The position numbers were made by a program, and so were the translations under genes. A stretch of DNA of 64,000 nt. Source: Alphaproteobacteria bacterium (GTDB taxonomy: Bacteria; Pseudomonadota; Alphaproteobacteria; SP197). The first letter of the stretch is position 1. Every line of letters begins with the position of its first letter. Of the stretch, positions 1 through 8,928 are shown piece after piece. The stretch covers positions 39,491 through 103,490 of the forward strand of contig SHVY01000002.1 in the NCBI GenBank assembly GCA_009694045.1, read 5' to 3'. Under the pieces are notes generated by a model. That model saw only the letters and a program-made list of their open reading frames with translations, was not told where the DNA came from and searched no databases.

Positions 1-912
1 GGCCGCCGCACGGTCTTCTTCGGGACCGGCCCTCTGCTCTACCTGGTCGCCCATCAAATCGCCGCCGCCGGGGCCACGGTCGCCGCCGTCCTCGACACCA
101 GCCGCGCGCGGGATTCGTGGCACGCCCTCGCGGGCCTCGTTGCGGTTCCGACGACCGCGCTCAAGGGCGCCTGGTACCAACTCGATCTGGTGCTGCGCCG
201 CACCCCATGGCACCGCGGCATCCGACCTCTGGCCGTCATGGGCCGCGATCGGGTCGAGGGCGTGCGGTTCCGCGACGCGAACGGAACCGAGCGCGAGATC
301 GCCTGCGACGCCGTCGCCTTCGGCTACGGTCTCAAGCCCGAGACCCAGCTCGCCGAGCTGGCTGGCGCGGCGTTCGCGTATGACGGGGCGGGGCTGTGGC
401 TGCCCCGCGTCGACCCCGCCGGACGGCTCGCGCCCAACGTGTACGCGGCGGGCGACGGCTGCGGGATTCTGGGCGCCGACGCGGCCGAGCTGGCCGGACG
501 CCGCGCGGGCCTCGCCGTCGCGGCCGACCTCGGCCGAACCGTGCCACCGCGCGAAATCGCCGGGATCGAGCGGCGTCGATCCGCCATTCGGGCGTTCCGG
601 GCCGGATTGGAGGTGGCGTTTCCCACCCCGACCGAACTCGCCGCGACGCTGCCCGACGCCACGATCCTGTGCCGCTGCGAGGGCGCGACCGTCGGCGCGC
701 TGCGCACCGTGGCCAACCACAAGGACGCGGGCGAGATCAACCAGGCCAAGGCCCTTTGCCGGGTCGGCATGGGCCGCTGCCAGGGCCGGGTCTGCGGCTT
801 CGCGGCGTGCCAGGTCCTGGCCGCCGCCCGTGGCGTGTCGGTGGAGGCGGTCGGCCGGCTGCGAGCCCAGGCACCCGTCAAACCCCTGCCGCTCGCGGCC
901 CGCCTCCCATGA
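1..912 (+). CDS. FAD/NAD(P)-binding oxidoreductase with BFD-like [2Fe-2S] domain (opine oxidase subunit A / HcnB-like); 5' end outside window
   Basis: Frame 1 is open from nt 1. A C-terminal CxC..CxxC BFD-like motif (CRCEGATVGALRTVANHKDAGEINQAKALCRVGMGRCQGRVC) is present. The stop TGA at 910-912 overlaps the next ATG (ATGA). Confidence 0.6.
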   Translation, partial: GRRTVFFGTGPLLYLVAHQIAAAGATVAAVLDTSRARDSWHALAGLVAVPTTALKGAWYQLDLVLRRTPWHRGIRPLAVMGRDRVEGVRFRDANGTEREIACDAVAFGYGLKPETQLAELAGAAFAYDGAGLWLPRVDPAGRLAPNVYAAGDGCGILGADAAELAGRRAGLAVAADLGRTVPPREIAGIERRRSAIRAFRAGLEVAFPTPTELAATLPDATILCRCEGATVGALRTVANHKDAGEINQAKALCRVGMGRCQGRVCGFAACQVLAAARGVSVEAVGRLRAQAPVKPLPLAARLP

Positions 913-2024
913 CCGGCACCATGGCAACCGACGTCTGTATCATCGGTGGCGGCATCGCCGGCTGCTCCGCGGCCCTGCACCTCGCCAAGCGCGGCATCTC
1001 CGTGGTGCTCCTTGAAAAGGGCCGCATCGGCGCCCAGGCGAGCGGGGTGAATTTCGGCGGCGTGCGCCGGCAGGGGCGCCATCTGGCCGAGATTCCCCTG
1101 GCACTCCGGGGCCGCCCGATGTGGGATCGCATGGTCGACCTGGTCGGCGAGGACTGCGAGTTCCGCGCGACCGGCCACCTGCGCCTCGCCCGCGACCCCG
1201 CGGACATGGCGGCCCTGGAAACCTATGCGCGCGATGCCGGCGCCCTCGGCCTCGACCTCGAGCTTATCGGCGGCAACGAACTGCGCCGTCGCTTCCCCTG
1301 GCTCAGCGAGGTTCCCGTCGGCGCGTCCTGGTGCCCGGGCGATGGCCAGGCCAACCCGCGCGTCGTCGGGCCCGCGTTCGGCCGCGCCGCCCGCGCCGCC
1401 GGCGCGGACTTGCGCGAGGGGGAAGAAGCGGCGACGTTCGAGCGCGACGGTAAGGGCTTCCGTATCGCCACCACGTCCGGCCTGGCGATCACCTCCCGCG
1501 CCCTCGTCAACACCGCCGGCGCCTGGGCTGGCCGGGTGGCCGGTCACTTCGACGAGCCGGTGCCGATCCACAGCATCGCCCCGCAGATGGTGGTGACCGA
1601 GCCTTCGCCCCACGTCATCGGCCCCGTCCTCGGCATCGTCGGCGGCGCCCTCTACCTGCGCCAGATCGAGCGCGGCAACGTCATCTTCGGCGGCGGCGAC
1701 GGGCTGGCCGACATCGCCACGACGAGGTCCACGGTGCTGCCGCGCAACACGGTCGAGGTCGGCGCCCTCGCCTGCCGCCTGATCCCGCACCTCGCCCGCC
1801 TCAACGTCATCCGGGTATGGACCGGGATCGAGGGCGAGATGGCGGACGTCATCCCGGTCATCGGCCCCAGCCGGACCACGCCGGGGCTGTTCCACGCCTT
1901 CGGCTTCTCCGGCCACGGCTTCCAGCTCGGGCCGATCGTCGGCGTGATCCTGGCCGAGCTCATCGCCGATGGGACCACGCCTTCGCCCATCGCCCCATTC
2001 GACATCGGCCGCTTCGTCGGCTGA
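909..2024 (+). CDS. FAD-dependent oxidoreductase (DAO family; opine oxidase subunit B / sarcosine oxidase beta-like)
   Basis: N-terminal dinucleotide-binding motif VCIIGGGIAGCSAALHLAKRG. The true start is an internal ATG at 909; the upstream Arg-rich run-on of the six-frame ORF is discarded. Confidence 0.7.
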   Translation: MTGTMATDVCIIGGGIAGCSAALHLAKRGISVVLLEKGRIGAQASGVNFGGVRRQGRHLAEIPLALRGRPMWDRMVDLVGEDCEFRATGHLRLARDPADMAALETYARDAGALGLDLELIGGNELRRRFPWLSEVPVGASWCPGDGQANPRVVGPAFGRAARAAGADLREGEEAATFERDGKGFRIATTSGLAITSRALVNTAGAWAGRVAGHFDEPVPIHSIAPQMVVTEPSPHVIGPVLGIVGGALYLRQIERGNVIFGGGDGLADIATTRSTVLPRNTVEVGALACRLIPHLARLNVIRVWTGIEGEMADVIPVIGPSRTTPGLFHAFGFSGHGFQLGPIVGVILAELIADGTTPSPIAPFDIGRFVG

Positions 2025-2035
2025 GGCGGCCGGCG

Positions 2036-3595
2036 TTAAGCCGGTTTGAAGTCCGCCAACAAGGCGCGGTTGTTGGGCGTGGCCGCCGGCACGATCGAAG
2101 AGCGGCTGATCGCGGCCGTCGCTTCGTACGTGACGAAGACGTAGGCGCCCGACTGCTCCATCAGGTTCTGCATGGTCTCGTACATGGCTTGGCGCTTGGC
2201 CGAGTCGACTTCCCTGGCCGCCTCGGCGTTGAGCTCGTCGAACTCCTTGTTGCAGACTCGTTCCCAGTTGTAGACGCCGACCTGGTCACAGACGAACCAT
2301 TGGGTGGCCCAGAAAGGATCTGGCGCGCTGGTGTAGCGCAGGAACATGAGCTGGAGATCCTTCCAGAACTCGCCATCCGCCTCGACGCCCAGCGACCAAT
2401 AGGCGCCCGAGTCGTACGTCAAGATCTCGACTTCGATGCCGATCCTGGCCAGCTGGGCCTGGATGATCTGGCAAGCGGTGATGCGGTCGGTCTGACTGAG
2501 CACCGACAACGTGCACTTAAAGCCGTCGGGCACGCCTGCTTCGGCCAGCAGACCACGCGCCTTGTCCAAGTCGGGGCCGGCAATCAGGTTGGCGGGGCGA
2601 TGGCCGATGAGGCCCTCGGCGATGATGCCCGTCGCCCGCGGCGTGACACCGAAGAACGCAGCCTCGAGGATTTCGTCGACGTCGATCGCGTACTGGACGG
2701 CCTGGCGGATGCGGATGTCCTCAAACAACGGATGGGCTGTGTTCATGCCGATCCAATAGTATGTCTCGCTCGGCCGCACGATCAGGGTGCTGTCCGCTAT
2801 TGGGTTGGCTTTCAGGACTGGAATCGAACTGGTGCTTACCAAGGTGTAGTCGATCTCGCCGGCTTGGAAGGCGATCTCCGCTGCCTTATCGTCGGAGATC
2901 GGCAGCATCTCGATCGTGTCATAGGCCGGTGCCGTGCCGAAGTAATCCGGGTTGCGCGCCAGCACGATCTTCTGCTTCGGCGTCCAGGAGCCGAGGGCAT
3001 AGGGACCCGCAACCGCAGGCGGCTCGGTGCTGAATGCTCCGCCAACTCCCTCTACCGCCTTGCGACTGACGATGCATCCGGCGATCCAAGGCAGGGTTGT
3101 CGTGAACAAGGGAGCAAAGGGCTCCTTGAGCACAATGACGCCCGAGAGCGCGTCGATGACCTCGACATGGTCGAGCGCGGCCCAATCGCCCCGGTACTCC
3201 GACTGCGTCACGGGATCGGCGATTCGCTCGAACGAGAACTTCACATCATCGGTGGTCAGGTCGCCGAAACCATTGGACCACCTGATGCCGGGCTTCAAGC
3301 GGAAGCTGACATGGAGCGGATCGGTCTGTTCGATGGCCTCTGCCGCGTCCAAGTACCAGGTCCAGGATTCGCCCGGCGTGTAGCTGATGAGGCGCGGGTA
3401 GAGCGCGTAGGCAATGACACCATCGGTCTCGCCGGTGACGACGTGGGCGGGATCCAGGCTGTTGATGTCGGAGTAGACGCGCATACGAAGCGTTGCTCCT
3501 TGCGCGCGGGCATGGCGGATGGCCGGCACCGCAACCGCGAGCCCCGCGCCAGTCCGGACCACGCCGCGACGGGTGAAAACGGAACCGTCAAACAT
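2036..3595 (-). CDS. ABC transporter substrate-binding protein, family 5 (peptide/opine/nickel type), Tat-type signal
   Basis: SBP_bac_5-like sequence with N-terminal TRRGVVRTGAGLAVAVPA signal. Start is the ATG at 3595 with a GGGGGAA RBS; stop is TAA. Confidence 0.75.
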   Translation of the reverse strand: MFDGSVFTRRGVVRTGAGLAVAVPAIRHARAQGATLRMRVYSDINSLDPAHVVTGETDGVIAYALYPRLISYTPGESWTWYLDAAEAIEQTDPLHVSFRLKPGIRWSNGFGDLTTDDVKFSFERIADPVTQSEYRGDWAALDHVEVIDALSGVIVLKEPFAPLFTTTLPWIAGCIVSRKAVEGVGGAFSTEPPAVAGPYALGSWTPKQKIVLARNPDYFGTAPAYDTIEMLPISDDKAAEIAFQAGEIDYTLVSTSSIPVLKANPIADSTLIVRPSETYYWIGMNTAHPLFEDIRIRQAVQYAIDVDEILEAAFFGVTPRATGIIAEGLIGHRPANLIAGPDLDKARGLLAEAGVPDGFKCTLSVLSQTDRITACQIIQAQLARIGIEVEILTYDSGAYWSLGVEADGEFWKDLQLMFLRYTSAPDPFWATQWFVCDQVGVYNWERVCNKEFDELNAEAAREVDSAKRQAMYETMQNLMEQSGAYVFVTYEATAAISRSSIVPAATPNNRALLADFKPA

Positions 3596-3623
3596 GGAAT
3601 GTTCCCCCACTCCCTAGTTGAAA

Positions 3624-3648
3624 GATGATAGATCATAGATCTATTATC
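3624..3648. promoter_or_regulatory. AT-rich imperfect palindrome (contains the 10-bp perfect palindrome ATAGATCTAT) in the divergent SBP/gntR intergenic region; candidate GntR operator
   Basis: GATGATAGATCATAGATCTATTATC sits in an otherwise GC-rich intergenic region between divergent promoters. Confidence 0.25.
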
Positions 3649-3785
3649 TGAGTCCCGTAAAGCGGATTCTCGTGGATCCGAGCTATGACTTACGGTGTGG
3701 GACCCGAACCTGGCGCGATGGCTTGCAGTTGACGCAGCGCGTCCAGACCTGCGGCGATGCCGACCACACGAGGATAAGGTCTTAG

Positions 3786-4460
3786 ATGCTGACGACCGTC
3801 GTGCCCGTCGTTCCCGTCGAGACCGGAACGCTTCTTGATCGGGTCTACCGCGAGATCAAGCGACAGATCATGGCGGGAGCATTCAAGCCTGGTCAGACGT
3901 TCGCGACGATGTCGCTCGCTGCCGCCCTGGGTACCAGCACGATGCCGGTGCGCGAAGCCCTGCGCCGGCTCGAGACTGAAAAGGCGCTGCAGATACTGCC
4001 TAAACGCGCCGTGCTGATTCCACGCATGACCAAGGCACGGTTCCGTGAAATCACCGACGTCCGAATCGCCCTGGAGGGCATGGCTTCGGACTATGCCGGC
4101 CGACGCATCGAGGATGGCGAGCTGCGCGAGCTTGAAGACCTGCTCGGGATGGTGGAGAAGGCACGGAAGGCATCGGACCTGCGCGCGTACCTCGAGGTGC
4201 ATCAGGAGTTCCACTTCGCCATATACGGCGCGGCGCGACTGCCTGTCGTCATGCCTATGATCGAATCCCTTTGGCTACAGATTGGCCCGGTCTACGGGTT
4301 GCTCGACGTCGGCGGCATCAACCTCGGATCCGAGTGTCACCGCTTGGTGCTGGACGGCCTCCATCGGCGCGACGGCGCGCGCGCGCGGGACGCCCTGGCG
4401 CGCGACATCGCGCTCGGCGCCGAGGCCCTGCTCAATAGCCACGCCTTCGCCGAGGCCTGA
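3786..4460 (+). CDS. GntR-family transcriptional regulator (FadR/FCD subfamily)
   Basis: N-terminal wHTH (LDRVYREIKRQIMAGAFKPGQTF...STMPVREALRRLE) plus a C-terminal FCD-like region. The RBS is AGGATAAGG. Confidence 0.8.
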   Translation: MLTTVVPVVPVETGTLLDRVYREIKRQIMAGAFKPGQTFATMSLAAALGTSTMPVREALRRLETEKALQILPKRAVLIPRMTKARFREITDVRIALEGMASDYAGRRIEDGELRELEDLLGMVEKARKASDLRAYLEVHQEFHFAIYGAARLPVVMPMIESLWLQIGPVYGLLDVGGINLGSECHRLVLDGLHRRDGARARDALARDIALGAEALLNSHAFAEA

Positions 4461-4611
4461 GCGGCAACACCCAGCGCGTCCCAGTCGCGGCCCGGTCCGC
4501 ATTGTGAGACTTCGCCAAGGGCTCGGCGCGGCCGTGTTACTTTCGAAGCCGTCGCACGTTGACCAGCCTCTGTCGCCTGCCTATGGTCCGCCAGTCATCG
4601 CGGAGGTTGGC

Positions 4612-5841
4612 ATGGTCAGTCCGCTCGACGTCGGTTTCGTCCGCTCCCATTTTCCCGCGCTCGCGAGCGACTGGGCGATCATGGAGAACGCCGGCGGCAC
4701 CCTGGTGCCGCGCCAGGTGATCGAGCGGCTGCACAGCTATCTGTCGTTCAACCAGATCCAACCGGGGGCCGAGTTCCCGATCTCCGCCCAGGCCGCCGAG
4801 CGGATCGCCGAATCCGAGCGCCTGATGGCGGCCATGATCGGCGCCGAGCCGGGCGAGGTGCTGATCGGTCCCTCGACCACCATGAACGTGTTCCTGCTCA
4901 GCCACGCGATCCGCCCATGGCTGAAGCCCGGCGACGAGGTGATCGTCACCAACCTCGATCACGAGGCGAACAATGGCGCCTGGCGCCGGCTCGCCGAGGT
5001 CGGAGTCGTCGTCAGGGAATGGTCCTTCAACCTCGACACGGCCGCCCTGGAGGCCCACGACCTGCGGGCGCTCCTGACCGATCGGACCCGGCTCGTCTGC
5101 TTCACCCAGTGCTCGAACGTGGTGGGCACGATCCACGATGTCGCGGGTCTCACGCACATCGCCCACGACGCGGGGGCGCTGGTCTGCGTCGATGCGGTCG
5201 CCTACGCCCCTCACCGCCACCTGGACGTGAAGGCGCTGGGGGTCGATTTCTACCTGACCAGCCTGTACAAGATCTACGGACCCCACCTCGGCATGCTGTA
5301 CGGCCGGCGCGACCTGCTGCGCAAGGCCGATCGGCTGAACCATTTCTTCACCGACGACGACGTGCCGCTGCGCCTCCACCCCGGCGGCGTGAACCACGAG
5401 CTGACCGCATCCCTGTCCGGCGTCACGGCGTACTTCGATGCCTTGCACGACCGGCACTTCGGGCCAACGAACCTGCCCCTGCATGACCGGCTAGGCCAGG
5501 TCTTCGGCCTGATCGCCGACCACGAGGAGACGTTGTGCCGCCCGCTCCTGGAGTTTCTCGGCGGTCATCCCCGGGTTCGGCTCAACGGCTCGCGCGATCC
5601 CGACCAGCGTGCCCGCGTGCCCACGGTCACCTTCACCGTCAAGGATCGCAAGGCCGACGAGATCCCGACCGCCCTTCTGCCGCACCGCATCGGCATCCGC
5701 GCCGGCGACTTCTACGCCCGCCGGGCGATCGACACGTGGAATCTCGGCCCCCAGGGCGGCGTCGTCCGCGCGAGCATCGTCCACTACAACACGGTGGAGG
5801 AAGTGAACCGCCTGGTCGCCGCTCTGGACAGGGTGATCTGA
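4612..5841 (+). CDS. Class V aminotransferase (cysteine desulfurase / isopenicillin-N epimerase-like, PLP-dependent)
   Basis: AAT_V-like sequence (..TNLDHEANNGAWRRLAEVG.., SLYKIYGPHLGMLYG). Internal ATG at 4612 with a GGAGG RBS; the upstream part of the ORF is run-on. Confidence 0.7.
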   Translation: MVSPLDVGFVRSHFPALASDWAIMENAGGTLVPRQVIERLHSYLSFNQIQPGAEFPISAQAAERIAESERLMAAMIGAEPGEVLIGPSTTMNVFLLSHAIRPWLKPGDEVIVTNLDHEANNGAWRRLAEVGVVVREWSFNLDTAALEAHDLRALLTDRTRLVCFTQCSNVVGTIHDVAGLTHIAHDAGALVCVDAVAYAPHRHLDVKALGVDFYLTSLYKIYGPHLGMLYGRRDLLRKADRLNHFFTDDDVPLRLHPGGVNHELTASLSGVTAYFDALHDRHFGPTNLPLHDRLGQVFGLIADHEETLCRPLLEFLGGHPRVRLNGSRDPDQRARVPTVTFTVKDRKADEIPTALLPHRIGIRAGDFYARRAIDTWNLGPQGGVVRASIVHYNTVEEVNRLVAALDRVI

Positions 5842-5852
5842 TGAGCGCCCGT

Positions 5853-5881
5853 AGGGGCGGGTCCGAGACCCGCCCCTACAT
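5853..5881. terminator. Perfect 13-bp stem / 3-nt loop hairpin between convergent genes, flanked by an A6/T6 run on one side
   Basis: GTAGGGGCGGGTC cga GACCCGCCCCTAC followed by ATGAAAAAAC. It lies between the aminotransferase (+) stop and the ridA-family (-) stop. Confidence 0.3.
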
Positions 5882-5890
5882 GAAAAAACC

Positions 5891-6241
5891 CTACTTCGCC
5901 GCGACCGCGACGATCTCGATCTTGTAGTCGGGGGTGGCCAGGCGCGATTCGACGGTGGCGCGGGTCGGCTTGTTCGCCTTGTCGACCCACTTGTCATAGA
6001 CCGCGTTCATGCCCGCGAAGTCGCGCATGTCGGACAGGTAGATCTGCATCGTCAGGATCTTCTTCTTCGACGATCCGCCCGCCTTGACCGCCGCCTCGAC
6101 CTTGCGCAGCACGTCCTTGGTCTGGGCGGTGATGTCCTTCTTCGCCGGCGTATCCGCCACCTGCCCCGCGATGTAGACCGTGTCGTTGTGCACGACCGTG
6201 GCGCAGTAACGCATGCCGGGATTGATCCGGGTAATACCCAT
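5891..6241 (-). CDS. RidA/YjgF/TdcF family reactive-intermediate deaminase
   Basis: 116-aa protein MGITRINPG...YLSDMRDFAGMNAVY...ATPDYKIEIVAVAAK. Strong RBS AAGGAG 8 nt upstream of the ATG at 6241; the remainder of the 251-aa ORF is run-on. Confidence 0.85.
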   Translation of the reverse strand: MGITRINPGMRYCATVVHNDTVYIAGQVADTPAKKDITAQTKDVLRKVEAAVKAGGSSKKKILTMQIYLSDMRDFAGMNAVYDKWVDKANKPTRATVESRLATPDYKIEIVAVAAK

Positions 6242-6285
6242 CGGTGATCTCCTTCTGGTTGGGTTGTGGATACGAAACGCGGGCG

Positions 6286-7047
6286 TCAACCGCCCATGGA
6301 CATGCCGCCGTTGACCCGCAGCACCTGGCCGGTGATGTACGCGGCCTCGTCGGACGCGAGGAACGCCATCGCGGCGGCGATTTCCTCGGGTTTGCCGTAA
6401 CGCCGCATCGGCACCAGGCCGAGGGCGGCCTCCAGCCCCTTGGGATCGATCTCGCCCAGCATTTCGGTGGCGATATAGCCGGGCGAAACCCCGTTGACCG
6501 TGACCCCCGACCGCGCCACCTCGGCGGCGATCGGGTGAAGCATGGCCGTGATGCCGCCCTTCGAGGCGGTGCAGACCGAGTACTTGTTGCCGCCGAAATC
6601 GGCGATCTCGGTGATGCAGGACCCGGTGGCGATGATCCGGCCCCACTTGCGCTTCAGCATGTGGGGCAGGACCGCCCGGGTCATGTAAAAGAATCCGTTC
6701 AGGTTGCTCTCCATGGCGCGCGCCCAGTCATCGTCCGTCGACTGGACGAAGGGGCGGTCAATCACCACGCCGGCATTGCTCACCAGGATGTCCAGCCGAC
6801 CGAACGCCTTCAGGGTGGCGGCGACGATCCGCTCGGCGTCGGCCTTGCGCCCGACGTTGCCCTTGAGGGCGATGGCCTCGCCCCCGGCGGCCTTGATCTC
6901 CGCGACCACCGCCTTCGCCTTGGCAATGGTCGTGCGGCAATGGACCACGACCTTGGCCCCGTCGGCGGCGAATCGCTTCGCCACCGCCCGGCCGATGCCG
7001 CGCGAACTGCCGGTCACGATGGCGACCCTGCCCTTCAGATCCGTCAT
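6286..7047 (-). CDS. Short-chain dehydrogenase/reductase (SDR, FabG-like)
   Basis: TGSSRGIGRAVA Rossmann motif, NAG motif and YxxxK (YSVCTASK). ATG at 7047 with a GGGAGGAG RBS. The upstream part of the ORF overlaps thyX and is discarded. Confidence 0.8.
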   Translation of the reverse strand: MTDLKGRVAIVTGSSRGIGRAVAKRFAADGAKVVVHCRTTIAKAKAVVAEIKAAGGEAIALKGNVGRKADAERIVAATLKAFGRLDILVSNAGVVIDRPFVQSTDDDWARAMESNLNGFFYMTRAVLPHMLKRKWGRIIATGSCITEIADFGGNKYSVCTASKGGITAMLHPIAAEVARSGVTVNGVSPGYIATEMLGEIDPKGLEAALGLVPMRRYGKPEEIAAAMAFLASDEAAYITGQVLRVNGGMSMGG

Positions 7048-7070
7048 GGCCGTCTCCTCCCGCCGGGACC

Positions 7071-8009
7071 CTAGCACTCGCGGCCGAGCAGCGTCATCAA
7101 CTCGCGCCACTCGCCCTTGCCCAGACCGCTGCCGCCCTGCGCGACCGTCTCCCCGGCCACCAGCCGGCGCACCACCGCCAGCGCCTTGGCGGAAAACCGC
7201 GCCCCGCCCAAGCCATGCTCCTCGAACGCCGCGTGCACCAGGGGCACCCAGCGCTTGACCGTCTCCAACATCGCCTCGGCATAGGCGCGGATCTCGTACT
7301 GCGCGTGCGGGTCCGCGCGCAGGCTCAGGAAGTGCAGCAGGTTGTGCAGGTCGATCTTCCAGTACCATTGGGTGTAGACGTTGAGCGTCAGGTTCATGCG
7401 GGCGAGCTCTCGGGCCAACCCCTTGCGGTCGGGATCGAGCGGCTTGCCGCCCGGCCCCTCGTTCAAAAGCTGGCCGTAACGCGCGTAACTCCGCCGCGCC
7501 TCCTCCTCCAGCAGCGCGAGCACGCTCGCGGCTTCCTCGCCCTGCAGCACCTCGCCCCGGCCCTGGCGATTGACGACGGACTGCGCCGCCAGATGCTCCG
7601 GCGCGGGGACGTAGAACTCGTCCTCCACCACCGAATACCGGGCCGAGATCTCGTTCACGTTGGCGGTGCGATGGCGGATCCACTGCCGCGCCACGAACAC
7701 CGGCAGCTTCACGTGGTACTTGATCTCGCACATCTCGAACGGCGTGGTGTGGCGATGGCGCAGCAGATAGGCGATCAGGCCGGCGTCGTCGCGCACCGAT
7801 TTGGTGCCCCGGCCATAGGACACCCGAGCCGCCTGCACCACGGCCCCGTCATCGCCCATGTAGTCGACGACCCGCACGAAGCCGCGATCCAACACCGCGA
7901 TCGGCTCATAGATCACGGCCTCCAGCGCCGCGACCGTCGGCCGGCGGGTGGCCGCGGACTGCCGGCGCTGGGCCGCGATCTCGGCCGCCTGATCGGGTGT
8001 CAATCCCAT
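7071..8009 (-). CDS. thyX: FAD-dependent thymidylate synthase ThyX
   Basis: ThyX motif [18 protein letters not shown] at 8009. Confidence 0.85.
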   Translation of the reverse strand: MGLTPDQAAEIAAQRRQSAATRRPTVAALEAVIYEPIAVLDRGFVRVVDYMGDDGAVVQAARVSYGRGTKSVRDDAGLIAYLLRHRHTTPFEMCEIKYHVKLPVFVARQWIRHRTANVNEISARYSVVEDEFYVPAPEHLAAQSVVNRQGRGEVLQGEEAASVLALLEEEARRSYARYGQLLNEGPGGKPLDPDRKGLARELARMNLTLNVYTQWYWKIDLHNLLHFLSLRADPHAQYEIRAYAEAMLETVKRWVPLVHAAFEEHGLGGARFSAKALAVVRRLVAGETVAQGGSGLGKGEWRELMTLLGREC

Positions 8010-8412
8010 GCCCTCCCGCGCGATGCCCGCACCCTAGCCAAACCGCTCGATTTGCGAAAGCGGGGGCCGAACCTATATACTTCAAGTGTCGGGCGGGAAA
8101 CCGGCCGACTATGGCGATAAACACTGCGTGGAATAAGCGGAGCGGACCCGGGGGCAGTACCCGGCGCCTCCACCATCACTCGATCTCGCGGCCCGGACGT
8201 TGGGCCGTGGGATGGGAAACCAAGGGGGCGAACCAGGATCGACGCACGCGGTAAAGGCGCAACTTTTGCCCGGTATGATTCCGCCGTTATCGGGTCGCAT
8301 CTACAAACGCCAATGATAATGAGGCGTTCGCTCTCGCTGCATAAGCGTTAGCGCGGTACGGGGGGCACCGGGCAACAGAAGCCCCCCAACGCTTTCTCGG
8401 GCGCAGGGTACC

Positions 8413-8904
8413 ATGGCCAAGGACGTGATCAGGTACGACCAGTTGATGCAGGACGCGATGCGGGGCGTCGTCGTCCAGGTTCTCAAGACCGCGGTGGCGG
8501 AAGGCCTTCCCGGCAAGCATCATTTTCTCATCAGCTTCCGCACCCATTATCCGGGCGTGGATGTGAGCGAGGATTTGCGGGGCCGCTACCCTCAGGATAT
8601 GACCATCGTCCTGCAGTACCAGTATTGGGACCTCAATGCCGACGACCATAAGTTCTGGGTGACGCTGAGTTTCAACAAGGTGCCGCGGCGGCTGGTGATC
8701 CCGTTCGCGGCCATCACCGGCTTCGCGGATCCCGAGGCGAAGTTCGATCTGCATTTCGCCCCGCGCGAGGTGGTTGAACCGCCGGCGAGGCCGGTCGGCC
8801 GCGTTGCCATGCCGGCCACGGCCATCGCTTCGGCGGCGCCGTCATCGGTGCCGCCGTCGGGCGATGGCAACGTCGTGCCGCTCGACACGTTCCGCCGCAA
8901 ATAG
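8413..8904 (+). CDS. SspB-like ClpXP adaptor (alphaproteobacterial stringent-starvation-protein-B family)
   Basis: Resembles SspB-alpha N-terminal domain (..VVVQVLKTAVAEGLPGKHHFLISFRTHYPGV..) with a disordered C-terminal tail. Confidence 0.5.
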   Translation: MAKDVIRYDQLMQDAMRGVVVQVLKTAVAEGLPGKHHFLISFRTHYPGVDVSEDLRGRYPQDMTIVLQYQYWDLNADDHKFWVTLSFNKVPRRLVIPFAAITGFADPEAKFDLHFAPREVVEPPARPVGRVAMPATAIASAAPSSVPPSGDGNVVPLDTFRRK

Positions 8905-8928
8905 GCGATCCACGAGGGGGGAAGGGGC

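Noticed and set aside
396-908. Long N-terminal extensions on six-frame ORFs (e.g. 396..2024, 4282..5841, 6286..7731, 5891..6646, 44595..46307, 50276..51310, 53566..55683, 38416..41172, 35128..37047)
   Set aside because: The upstream parts are Arg-rich run-on sequence or overlap the neighbouring gene in another frame. True starts were placed at internal ATG/GTG/TTG codons supported by an RBS and homolog N-termini.
324-1916. 530-aa ORF antisense to the ooxA/ooxB-like genes, and many similar long antisense ORFs (e.g. 8842..10224 -, 10795..12333 +, 12276..14096 +, 15040..16410 -, 20458..22617 -, 28637..31111 +, 43114..45015 +, 45607..47985 +, 46042 region antisense)
   Set aside because: They are Arg/Pro/Gly/Ala-rich low-complexity translations with no domain signal, lying antisense to genes that have clear full-length homology. 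This is the typical stop-codon-poor alternative-frame pattern of 67% GC DNA.
5853-5881. The 13-bp hairpin as a canonical bidirectional intrinsic terminator
   Set aside because: The A/T run is on only one side and is oriented so that neither convergent transcript gets hairpin-then-U-tract. It is kept only as a low-confidence structural element.
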